DNA of 47,025 nucleotides from Octopus bimaculoides (lineage: Eukaryota): the NCBI RefSeq assembly GCF_001194135.2, contig NC_068981.1:179705500-179752524 (forward strand). The letters run 5' to 3'. Made by a program: the position numbers and the translations under genes. Under the pieces are notes generated by a model. The model ran no database searches, was not told where the DNA came from, and saw nothing but the letters and a program-made list of their open reading frames with translations. Of this stretch, positions 12,591 to 24,101 are shown one piece after another (position 1 is the stretch's first letter; every line of letters starts with the position of its first letter).

Positions 12591-12893
12591 CAATAATAGA
12601 ATAAAAGAACGCAAAGAGAGGCGAAATACCGATTAGCATTTCGCCCGGCGTGCTAACGTTTCTAATTTCTTTATTGCCCACAAAGTGCTAAACATAGATG
12701 GGACAAACAAGGACAGACAAAGAAATTAAGTCTATTATATCGACCCCAGTGCGTAACTGGTACTTAATTTATCGACCCCGAAAGGATGAAAGGCAAAGTC
12801 AACTTCGGCGGAATTTGGACTCAGAACGTAAAGAAAAACGAAATACCGCTAAGCATTTCGCCCGGCGTTCTAACGTTTCTGCCAGCTAACCGC
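12591..12893 (-). mobile_element. SINE family B, full copy plus a duplicated head, with a perfect 17 bp TSD
   Basis: tRNA-like head (GGCGGTTAGCTGGCAGAAACGTTAG...GAGTCCAAATTCC) and central GCCTTTCATCCTTTCGGGGTCGATAAATTAAGTACCAG. TSD CTTAAATGAAGTCGTTT at 12574-12590 and 12894-12910. Confidence 0.92.
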
Positions 12894-12910
12894 CTTAAAT
12901 GAAGTCGTTT

Positions 12911-13100
12911 TGTTGTTGTTGGTGGTGGTACTGATGACGCTGGTTTTGGTGGTTGTTGTGGTGGTGTTGATGGGAGGGAGTATCTGTATGGTGTTTGTTG
13001 TTTTTGTCGTTTTCTTGCTTTGTTGTTGGTGATGGTACCGATGAGGTTGGTGGCGGCAACGGCGGCGGTAGCGGCGGTGGTGGTGATGCTGTTGCTGCTG
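12911..13100. repeat. Low-complexity (GTT/GGT/GGC)n tract
   Basis: Direct reading; source of the poly-Q/T/P/H ORFs. Confidence 0.85.
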
Positions 13101-13634
13101 GAGACACCGGGGAATATATGGAATAAAGAGATAGGAGTTTCCAATTCCGGGGACTACTCTCAACCCGACAAACAACATACACAACTATAGTCATGGTGAA
13201 TATTTATCATTTTCTGCTATATAATCCGTAATAGACTTAGATCAGTTTAATATATGTTCTTGTACCAGTCTTGGATTTTCCTAATTTTGCTGATACAAGA
13301 AGGATTAACATTTGCAATGATTGAGTTATTTCGTTTTGTTTTCCTTTTATCTCTTAGTCAGCAGAGGAATAACAGCACCTACGACCATTTTCACAACACC
13401 CGAAACGCGCGGGAGGAAGAAAAATCTTATCTTCAGGTCAAAGACTTGGCGTGGAATCGACGCTGCACAAGTTTTCCTAAAACCAGGTGCTGCAGTTAAA
13501 CCAAAAGAGATTAAGTCTATCAACTAAGAACATGAATGTCCGAACAAATGGTTTCCTCACACTTCTTCTCTACCAAAATCTCGTTTACAAAGAATTGATC
13601 AAGCCAAGAATATGATACAAAAAAAAGTAATATA

Positions 13635-13813
13635 GGCGTAGGAGTGGCTGTGTGGTAAGTAGCTTGCTTATGAACCACATGGTTCCGGGATCAGTCCCAC
13701 TGCGTGGCACCTTGGGCAAGTGTCTTCTACTATAGCCTCGGGCCGACCAAAGCCTTTTGAGTGGATTTGCTAGACGAAAACTGAAAGAAGCCCGACGTAT
13801 ATATATGTATATG

Positions 13814-13850
<37 letters not shown>

Positions 13851-14069
13851 TTGTGTGTCTGTGTTTGTCCCCCCAACATCGCTTGACAACCGATGCTGGT
13901 GTGTTTACGTCCCCGTATCTTAACGGTTCAGCAAAAGAGACCGATCGAATAAGTACTAGGCTTCCAAAGAATAAGTCCTGGTGTCGATTTGCTCGACTAA
14001 AGGCGGTGCTCCAGCATGGCCGCAGTCAAATGACTGAAACAAGTAAAAGAGTAAAAGAGAGTAAAGAGT
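13635..14069 (+). mobile_element. SINE family A, near-intact reference copy
   Basis: Pol III A box-like TGGCTGTGTGG and B box-like GGATCAGTCCC; CORE-like CACCTTGGGCAAG; internal (TA)n(TG)n; 3' tail GGCGGTGCTCCAGCATGGCCGCAGTCAAATGACTGAAAC plus (GAGTAAAA)n. Confidence 0.93.
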
Positions 14070-15220
14070 AATAATAATAATAGTAATGTTCCAATACGCC
14101 ATCTAGTGGACTCGTACCCGTAACCACGAGTTGAGAAACTAAACGAACATTTTAACTGCGGGCAGGATTCTTGAAATAAAGAGTAACGAACAAGAGTTTT
14201 GTTAAATCTGAACCTTTCGTTAAAAAAAAATTGTTGGTATGATTATCCTTGCAAATGTCTTTACTCATTATTAAGAACGTTGGTCCGGTAGAAAATGACT
14301 AAGATTTCTCAGCAAAGCCGTAAATACGACATTAAACAATGCACTCTATTAGCTATACAATATATTATATAGTTAAGTATAGTACTTCAAATAAATAAAA
14401 ATGTCTAGTAGGTCTATTGGCTTGATAAGCATAAATGACATCTGGCAAGTGGAACAACGTCCTTTGCCGCACGCATACAAACGATAAAGTATTAATGAGT
14501 GGGCAAACGTATCTTTATTAACAGCACTTCAAAACTTAAAGTATGCAGTATTGCAGAGTAAGTGCAACACTTAATATCAATAAAACTGTCTATTATACAT
14601 GTCGACTTGATAAAAAGTTTTCAACGAGCAAGAGCCACGCCTCGGATGATTTCTGATTGGATTTCTTACCGTTTTAAAATAACACTTCGTGAATAATGCA
14701 ACGCCTCATTACTGCGATTACAAATCATACGGTGTCATCACTGTGAGAATAAGGAAACTGAATGGTTTTAAGAGAGGGTGGGAGTGTACTTTTAACATTT
14801 AGTCCAGAACAGGTGAAGTAAGAGTTAATGTTCAAGAGTGACGATGGGTGAGGGTGTAAGGAGGGAAATACCAATGGTTGCCTTCTGCCTAAAAGCAAAA
14901 CCAGTTAAGTAGAAACTAACGTAAGGTAGTGATGCAAGACTTTTAAACTGACTGAAATTATACCCGTGATCAGATAGAAAAATATTATTTCAATTATGTA
15001 TTCTAGCCAAGAAAGGGAAAGCAGCCAACCCCGAAATCTAATTAATCAAACCTTGATTGGAAACAAACAGTGGAGAGTGAGTCAGATATTCAGTAGTTAT
15101 ATAAAGGCAAAATGTTTGGAGTTGACACTGTACGTGTTAATGCTGAAATTCACTTTAACTGCACAGCAACCTCCCATTCAGGAAAGTAAGAACAGGGCAG
15201 TTGCAGTTGACAGAAGAAGT

Positions 15221-15349
<129 letters not shown>

Positions 15350-15624
15350 CAATAAATTACGCATACTGAAACTAAAACTGCATCAGGTAACATGCTAAAT
15401 GGCCGTAACCCTATGGAAATCACTTGGTTAAATAAATATAGAGAGGGATTAAATTATTTCTTTCCAAAATCACGTCACGACAATAATAAAACTCATTTCT
15501 AACAAAGGCACAATGCTCCGAATCGGAGAAGGTGCGTAAGACGACTAAATAGAGACAGTGCATATTTTTAAAGTCATCGTTTTCAAAATATCCTATTTTC
15601 AGGGCTTTCAAAACTACTTGGAGG

Positions 15625-16131
<507 letters not shown>

Positions 16132-16254
16132 TTTAGAGTGTCCCTCGGACCGGAGTAATAACCGAAATACTTACAATGAAGTGGGCTCCATTAAAGTGGG
16201 ACCCAAAGTGCCAGAAGATAGTGTCAATCCGCGCAACTGATTAAATGTACCGTC

Positions 16255-16378
16255 CAACGTTAGTATTTTATTTACGGCCCCCAGAATGGTCAAAATGTAA
16301 ATCGTTATCGGTGGGGTTTGAACATAGAAAGTACGTTGTTGTAACTAATACCACAACGTCATTCTGTTTATCGCTCTT
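16255..16378 (-). mobile_element. Highly degraded SINE family B fragment
   Basis: 'tagtattttatttacggcccccagaatggtcaaaatgtaaatcgttatcggtggggtttgaacatagaa' aligns loosely to the reverse complement of the family B body. Confidence 0.45.
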
Positions 16379-16384
16379 GGATGG

Positions 16385-16596
16385 TTGATTGTCTGAGGCG
16401 TTAGAACATCGGTAAAATACTCCACAGTATTGTGAGTTCGAATCTTTTTGAGGCTAACTTAGTCATTTATTTTCTTCTTTTCACTTTTCATCTGCAGGAG
16501 ATCGACAGAATGAGGCGCCAGTCAAGAACTAATGTCAGTTTAAACGAGTAACCACTACTCGTCAAAATTGGTGATCTTGTTTTTAAAATGGGAAAT
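16385..16596 (+). mobile_element. Degraded SINE family B copy
   Basis: 'gcgttagaacatcggtaaaatact...gagttcgaatc...gaggctaact...ttttcatc...gatcgacagaatgagg..ccagtcaag...aaaattggtgatcttg' follows the family B order. Confidence 0.55.
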
Positions 16597-16744
16597 AATT
16601 CAGAGAGGTAAATGAGACTGAGGATGTTGTATCAAAACAAACTTTGCTGCGGTTGTTAGCACGAGAAAAACTCTCGTATTGCCTTTTTGGTGTAAAATGC
16701 ACTCTTTTTATATTGCTAGCGGGGAGATAAATCTCTGTTACCTC

Positions 16745-16830
16745 CAACACTGAGACCACGAGATCACGTGATTTCGAACTTGTTTGGTCTTACTTGGACA
16801 GCGACTACTCTAAAAACACTCGGCCACTCT
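16745..16830 (-). mobile_element. Degraded tRNA-derived SINE head
   Basis: Minus strand GAGTGGCCGAGTGTTTTTAGAG (A box) ... AGTTCGAAATC (B box). Confidence 0.4.
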
Positions 16831-17897
16831 AAAGAAAGAAAAAGAATGCTGAGTGCTGCTCGTTTTAATTACCAATACGTGCCTATGAATTACTGTGAAG
16901 TAGCTTGAGCTGAAAATTAGCAGGACATATAATAGAATAACAATTAAACAAACGATGAATTATTAACTGTCATCTACAATTCCACTCTCATCGGCTGAAT
17001 CGTCTTTATTGCTTCTGATCGTTCAACCAACTTCCAGGACCAAAGTATTTAGTTGTTTCTCTTTGATGGAAAATATTTACAGGCAGATATTTATTTACTC
17101 ATCTATTTCTGTCTAACATCATGAAAAAACATCACTGCTACTTCTTTTTTTGTTTGTTTGTTTTGCTTCGTTTGCATTGTTTTGTTATTTTGCTTTCTCT
17201 TATTTGTCTTTCTAAAGAAAAATGTCTTTATTGTTGTTTTAATGTTTTGCTGCTATTGATTTGTATTTTCTTTCTGTCATGTAGTTCCTTTGTTCTTTTA
17301 ATTGTTACTATAAGTGTTAAGCGCTGTAAGAGCGTAAATACAAGAAGGCTATTTTTGTGTTAAACGTACCATAGCTAACAGTTTGTATAGATACTGACGA
17401 AATGTTTGCTAATACATCAAGACGTATACGAGAAAGCGTGTTAATGTTTTCTTTTTATTAAGTTAAGTTGGAGCATATCTAAATTCTAAATAACACCTTT
17501 ACTCATGCTACAAATGATACAACTATTAGGTGTAATTAATAGCAAATATGTTCAAGTGGTAAACAATTCATCTGTGAATCTGGTACACCATTCACATAAG
17601 ACAGCATTAATCTTATATAATTCATTAGTGTACAAGTTTTCTATTAATAAGTTATGTCTGCCTAATAAAGAGATAAGTGGCATATATTTCGCTACACTCA
17701 ATCAAGCAAAAGTTCGACACGTCATCTGCTGTCCAGTTTGAGTGGCTATTAAAATATTTCGCCATATTTAATCATGCAATTGATGACATTTTAAATTTTA
17801 AGTTCAATACAATTAAACTGTGGGTGTTATTTTAACTTTCAGTCTTTATAGGCTTAGTTCTATGGAAATTAAGCATTAACAGGTAAGTGTTTGTATT

Positions 17898-17951
17898 GGT
17901 GCACCAGCATGACCGCAGCCACTTGGCTGAAACACATAAATAAATAAATAA
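17898..17951 (+). mobile_element. Isolated LINE/SINE 3' tail (~40 bp) with (TAAA)n
   Basis: GGTGCACCAGCATGACCGCAGCCACTTGGCTGAAAC, homologous to the family A and LINE tails. Confidence 0.75.
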
Positions 17952-19023
17952 ATTATATACATGCATGCACACACGTACACACACACAAACAGAGTTCTCC
18001 AGGTAGCAGATTAAAGCTTACATCTTCTCTAAGGAATGGACAACCATCTCCGAATCATATAAGTCTTTTGGGGGTTTTTTCCTGTTTCTTTTCGACAAAA
18101 GTAGGATATTTTCACATCGTCGGCAATCTTCCTATTTGAGGCTTCCAAATGAATAACTTAAGATTTATCAACATTAAACATGTTCCAGGTACTACTTGAT
18201 CAAATCAATTCCACCTTGCAAATTCTGGATAAAAAGACTTCTACAACAGATGTGATTTTCTTTCATTGTCGTGGAAAGGTTATATTCTTGCACTGAAACT
18301 CACATTTGTGAATAATAATGCGCTTATATTCTCGGTAAAAACATTGTAAATTGATGTTTATTTGTTTCATTGGTGGCAGATTGGTGTGATATTGCATACA
18401 TTATTTTAGTACTTATTTCTGATTAACGAATGTATTTTACTTATATTACTGATGCTATTATTGCTTCAAGAAAGTTTTCATAGCACTGTGAGATCGTACT
18501 GCCCCTTAGAACCTTCGTATCTAGTTCCAAATATTTTAAGTTACCTGTATTGATGAATATGGAGGACTGAGAGATATTCGTATATTCCACATGAACACTA
18601 AGTTGTAACTTGTCCATGTAGGTTTCCTCTTACTTCAAGTAAAGTATAGTTCATGCTGTTTTATTTTAGCAGCGAAATACAATCGCTCTTCCCACGTTCT
18701 GTCATTTTTTCAAACAAACCTCTCTGCCTGTATGTGCTGTATTAACATGCCAACTATAAATGTTTGAAAACTTACCTGACCATCCGACACTTGACATTCT
18801 AAGTTTCGTACCTTATATCCAAACTCTTATACAGAAAGGTAAATAAAAAAAAAACATCTTTTTGGCAACGTCTACAAAAATATCAGGCATAGCTTTACAA
18901 CTTCCTTCACGGTGGATTATTATTTAATCCACAATTCATATTCAAATTTCCTTCACTTCCTTCTCAGTATTTAAAAACTTTATATCTGACTGTATCACCT
19001 CAAACAAAATTGCACCACAGTGA

Positions 19024-19259
19024 AGGCGCGTGGCTCGGTGGTCAGAGCGTCGAGGTTGTGAGTTCGAATCCCGGACCGGGCTGCGTGTTGTGTTCTTGAG
19101 CAAGACACTTTATTTCACGTTGCTCCAGTTAACTCAGCTGTAGAAATGAGTTGCGACGTCACAGATGCCAAGCTGCATGGGCTTTTGCCTTTCCCTTGGA
19201 TAACACTGGTGGCGAGGAGAGGGGAGGCCGGTATGCATGGGCAACTGCTGGTCTTCCAT
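19024..19259 (+). mobile_element. SINE family C (tRNA head plus TTCTTGAGCAAGACACTT core), 3' end lost in a (TA)n tract
   Basis: A box TGGCTCGGTGG, B box GAGTTCGAATCC; CORE/V-like TGTTGTGTTCTTGAGCAAGACACTT...CTCAGCTGTAGAAATG; anticodon arm deleted. Confidence 0.85.
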
Positions 19260-19394
19260 CACACAAATATACACATATATATATATATACATACACACAC
19301 ATATATATACATACATATATATATATGCATATACATATATATACATATTTACATATATACATATATATATATGCATATATATACATATATATAC

Positions 19395-19451
19395 ATGTAT
19401 AAATATATATGAAGTTACATATAGTACATGTAATATACATGTATATATATA

Positions 19452-19487
<36 letters not shown>

Positions 19488-19500
19488 CATGTATACATAC

Positions 19501-19550
<50 letters not shown>

Positions 19551-19590
19551 ATTACATGTACTATATGTAACTTCATATATATTTATACAT
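19395..19590. repeat. Perfect 67 bp inverted repeat inside a (TA/CA)n field
   Basis: 19395-19461 is the exact reverse complement of 19524-19590; 62 bp spacer. Confidence 0.92.
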
Positions 19591-20527
19591 ATATTTGTCA
19601 GAGTGATGACCAAACAGGAGAACAAATGTAGCTGAGACGGAACCTACAGAAAGATCTCAATATCTCAATGATGATTCCAGAATTTTTGAATATATTAAGC
19701 ATATGGTAATGGAAGCAGATCCGAAGGGAGGGAGAACGTTACGCTAGTCAGAAGATGAAATGAAAATGCACTCAGGGTCGTGCACAAAATGAAGAATAAA
19801 GGAAAAGTGCAAGAACACTCCTTTGAAAATATTTTAGAAAAAAAAGATTAAAACGTGTTTCTTATTTTAATATTCCGATGCAAGTGAATAAATTCTGAAA
19901 ACATAAAACTGCCTACGATTCATATGTTTCTCTCATTATTTGTATTGATTTTTATACGCCTCTGTAATGAATTTGAGAAAATTAGAATTTTACTATGCTT
20001 CAAAGTCTGGACATTCATCAGTCATGTCACATACATTCGAATAATGTTTGTTTCAAATGCCGAGTTGATCTTCCAACACTCGCTACCGTTGATGTACTGT
20101 CCCTGAATGTGTGAACGTGTCAGTACGCATGCATACACACACATAGTGTATGTATATATATATGTGTGTGTGTGAGTGTGTGTTGGTGTCTTTGGCCATA
20201 TATATANNNNNNNNNNNNNNNNNNNNNNNNNNNNNNNNNNNNNNNNNNNNNNNNNNNNNNNNNNNNNNNNNNNNNNNNNNNNNNNNNCACACAATTATTA
20301 TCAATTTATTCAAAAATCATAATGGATTAGCAAGTTTATCCCCGATAAAATGATTTAAAGTATTTATTCTATAGCAACTAAATTTCATTTGTTTTTCCGT
20401 CATGGCTAAAATAGGAACTGATCCGAAGCTTGTAAAGCTGTTTCGTCTCCTGTATAAAAAAAAAAACAAAAAAAAAAAACAAACAACAAATCGAACAAGT
20501 CTGTCAGTTGTCAACAAAAGAGTAATC

Positions 20528-20609
20528 CATGGCTGTGTGATAAGAAGCTTCCCCACTACATAGTTCCGCGTTCAGCGCCACTGCGTGGCACATTGGGCAA
20601 ATGTCTCCT
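20528..20609 (+). mobile_element. SINE family A head fragment
   Basis: 'atggctgtgtgataagaagctt...ccactgcgtggcacattgggcaaatgtct'. Confidence 0.75.
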
Positions 20610-21288
20610 GAGAAATGGGTTGACAGGAAAAAAAATGAAGAGGAAATGAAAATTAAAAACGGAGAGAAGAAAATACGTAGGGATTAGCATTCAACATGAT
20701 GATATATATATATAGTAAAGACTTTTGCAATAATATGTAACTTAGATTTTAAGTGTATATAAATTGGTATCTGTCGATACGTATGTATGTGTAAATATGC
20801 ATCATTTATATCTATAAGTTCTTAACTACTTCTATCGTAATTGTGTACTCACACACTTGTTCACATCTATACATGCTCGAGCAAGAATATGTATATGTAT
20901 GTGTGTATGTGAGTGTTAGTGTGTGAGCGTATGAACGGCGTGCGCGTGTGTTGTAAATCGTACACAAGATAAGAAATAAGAACCTGCATTAAAACGGCAG
21001 AAATATACACATGCTGGAAGGCATGTATATAGTCATATATATTTTATATCTTTTTCTCATGACTCGTGATTACTAAATCTCTTCAAAGAGAAGACCAAAA
21101 TCAGCAAACCTTAACTTGTTTGAATTTTCTCTCATATATTATGGAATTACTTATCACAGATCCACCCTTTGATAGAAAACCTTAAGTTTCCAAGGGCAAT
21201 TGTATTTGAAGCTATTTCCAGCTGCTCTTGCATTCGCCTTTGCAACGATTCTAGACGTAAAAAGTATTTCTTTCATCTCGATTTATGA

Positions 21289-21344
<56 letters not shown>

Positions 21345-21498
21345 TGTGTGTCTGTGTACATGGACGGAGAGAGAGAGAGAGCGATACAAATACAGATGTA
21401 CACATACTTATTCATGTGTATGTATGTGTTTGTGTGTGAATCTATATATGTATATATGCATTTACCTATACCAGCATAGGTATAGATGTAAAATAAAA

Positions 21499-21583
<85 letters not shown>

Positions 21584-21616
21584 ACTATGATTACTATTAT
21601 CATTATTATTAGTATT
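21499..21616. repeat. (TAC)n(TGC)n(TAT)n compound microsatellite
   Basis: Direct reading. Confidence 0.95.
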
Positions 21617-21620
21617 AGGA

Positions 21621-21853
21621 AGGCGGTAAGCTAGCAGAATTATTAGCACGCCGGACAATATACTTAGCGGTATTTCGTCCGTCTTTACGTCCTGAGTTCA
21701 CATTCTGACGAGATTTACTTTGCCTTTCATCCTTTCGGGGTCGATAAATCAAGTACCAGTGAAACACTGGGGTCGATATAATCCACTTGCCCCCCCCCCA
21801 CCCCACCCCATAAAATGTCACGCCTTGTGTCTTTAGTATAAAGGTTTATTGTT
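21621..21853 (+). mobile_element. SINE family B, tail variant 2
   Basis: Head AGGCGGTAAGCTAGCAGAA...; core TTGCCTTTCATCCTTTCGGGGTCGATAAATCAAGTACCAG; tail 'gccttgtgtctttagtataaaggtttatt'. Confidence 0.88.
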
Positions 21854-23046
21854 NNNNNNNNNNNNNNNNNNNNNNNNNNNNNNNNNNNNNNNNNNNNNNN
21901 NNNNNNNNNNNNNNNNNNNNNNNNNNNNNNNNNNNNNNNNNNNNNNNNNNNNNNNNNNNNNNNNNNNNNNNNNNNNNNNNNNNNNNNNNNNNNNNNNNNN
22001 NNNNNNNNNNNNNNNNNNNNNNNNNNNNNNNNNNNNNNNNNNNNNNNNNNNNNNNNNNNNNNNNNNNNNNNNNNNNNNNNNNNNNNNNNNNNNNNNNNNN
22101 NNNNNNNNNNNNNNNNNNNNNNNNNNNNNNNNNNNNNNNNNNNNNNNNNNNNNNNNNNNNNNNNNNNNNNNNNNNNNNNNNNNNNNNNNNNNNNNNNNNN
22201 NNNNNNNNNNNNNNNNNNNNNNNNNNNNNNNNNNNNNNNNNNNNNNNNNNNNNNNNNNNNNNNNNNNNNNNNNNNNNNNNNNNNNNNNNNNNNNNNNNNN
22301 NNNNNNNNNNNNNNNNNNNNNNNNNNNNNNNNNNNNNNNNNNNNNNNNNNNNNNNNNNNNNNNNNNNNNNNNNNNNNNNNNNNNNNNNNNNNNNNNNNNN
22401 NNNNNNNNNNNNNNNNNNNNNNNNNNNNNNNNNNNNNNNNNNNNNNNNNNNNNNNNNNNNNNNNNNNNNNNNNNNNNNNNNNNNNNNNNNNNNNNNNNNN
22501 NNNNNNNNNNNNNNNNNNNNNNNNNNNNNNNNNNNNNNNNNNNNNNNNNNNNNNNNNNNNNNNNNNNNNNNNNNNNNNNNNNNNNNNNNNNNNNTATATA
22601 TATATGGTTTTGCCAGTACGTGTTTCCATAAATTATATTGTCTGCAGCGTGTGGGAGATACAATTTGTAATGTTCATACGTTTCGCAAATTTGTCAACGA
22701 TTTTGCCTTACGATTCAGAATCCAGCGTTGTTTATAAAAATGATTCAGGGACAAGCTTTTAGTTATATTTCATTACTCCTTTATGCGTATAGTCATAGAG
22801 ATGAAGATATGACTAAAGATATTCGGCGCTGAAATATGATACTGGAAATATATAATTTGGTCATGTAAAGTTCTTAGAAATTTGCGTAAATTCTATAACC
22901 CTATTGATAGAGCTGCAGACGGATATGCACACGCATAATTACAGACTTGCAGAAACGCATATATGTGTATGTGTGTGTCTGTCTGTACGTCAGCGAGAAC
23001 GAGCGCATGTGTGTACAATCAGCAACAACGCGCTTATCTTCCTTGT

Positions 23047-23138
23047 CATCATGATCATCACCATCACCATCACCATCATCATCATCATCATCATCACCAT
23101 TATCATCATCATCATCATCATCATCATCACCATCATCA
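23047..23138. repeat. (CAT/CAC)n microsatellite
   Basis: Direct reading. Confidence 0.93.
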
Positions 23139-23233
23139 ACATTCTAAGCAGTATCAACTGGCTTTTATATCACTAATTTGTGTTCTGTCTTAGGGCTGAT
23201 GTCTATTAACTACGATATATTTATATATGTACG

Positions 23234-23281
<48 letters not shown>

Positions 23282-23643
23282 TGTGTGTGTGTGTGCGCGC
23301 GCGCGAGTGTGTGTCTGTGTGTTTGTATGTATATTTATATATATATATATATACAGAGAGAGAGAGAGAGAGAGACAGAGATACGTATATATACATACAT
23401 ATTTATATAAATATATGCACAAACATACACGTGCATATGTGTGTGCTGTGTGGCATGCTGATGTAAATGTTAAGAACCTAATTAGATATTCTTCGTGTAA
23501 TGTGGAACATAACCCATAATTGTAACGAAAACAGAAAATTACCACGTGCACATCACCCACACAAGCGTCTGGTGTTTGTACTTATACATACATGCATACA
23601 TACATATATACATACATACATATATATATATATNNNNNNNNNN

Positions 23644-23687
<44 letters not shown>

Positions 23688-23832
23688 CCCTGTGACAGAC
23701 TAGCCTGTCAATCAGAGGGAATGTTGACTTTCTTGCCTAACAAGAGAGGTGGCATCATTCGAAAGCTAAAATGTTGCAAAACACATGGTGACCAGCAATG
23801 TACAACACCATAGGAATGTCTGTTTAATACCA

Positions 23833-23866
<34 letters not shown>

Positions 23867-24101
23867 NNNNNNNNNNNNNNNNNNNNNNNNNNNNNNNNNN
23901 NNNNNNNNNNNNNNNNNNNNNNNNNNNNNNNNNNNNNNNNNNNNNNNNNNNNNNNNNNNNNNNCACACACACACACACACACGCACACAAACACACACAC
24001 GCATATATATATATATATATATACAGAGAGAGATAGAGATTGGATAAGTAAGAGAGAAAGAGATAGAGAGGAAGTAGGACAGAGAGAGTAGAGATTGTTT
24101 T

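Noticed and set aside
12821-13194. Poly-Q/H/T/P ORFs that look like a transcription-factor low-complexity region
   Set aside because: All three minus frames are open only because the tract is trinucleotide low-complexity DNA; it runs into a SINE and has no domain or good splice sites.
14670-14740. Minus-strand exon with good acceptor and donor
   Set aside because: Stops in all three frames; at most non-coding.
16480-16560. Strong-looking acceptor tttcatctgcag| (also 36590-36610)
   Set aside because: It is the decayed SINE B core (ctttcatcctttcggggtcgat).
19024-19075. tRNA gene (also the heads at 13635, 27877, 34548)
   Set aside because: No complete cloverleaf or acceptor stem, and each continues into a repeated SINE body.
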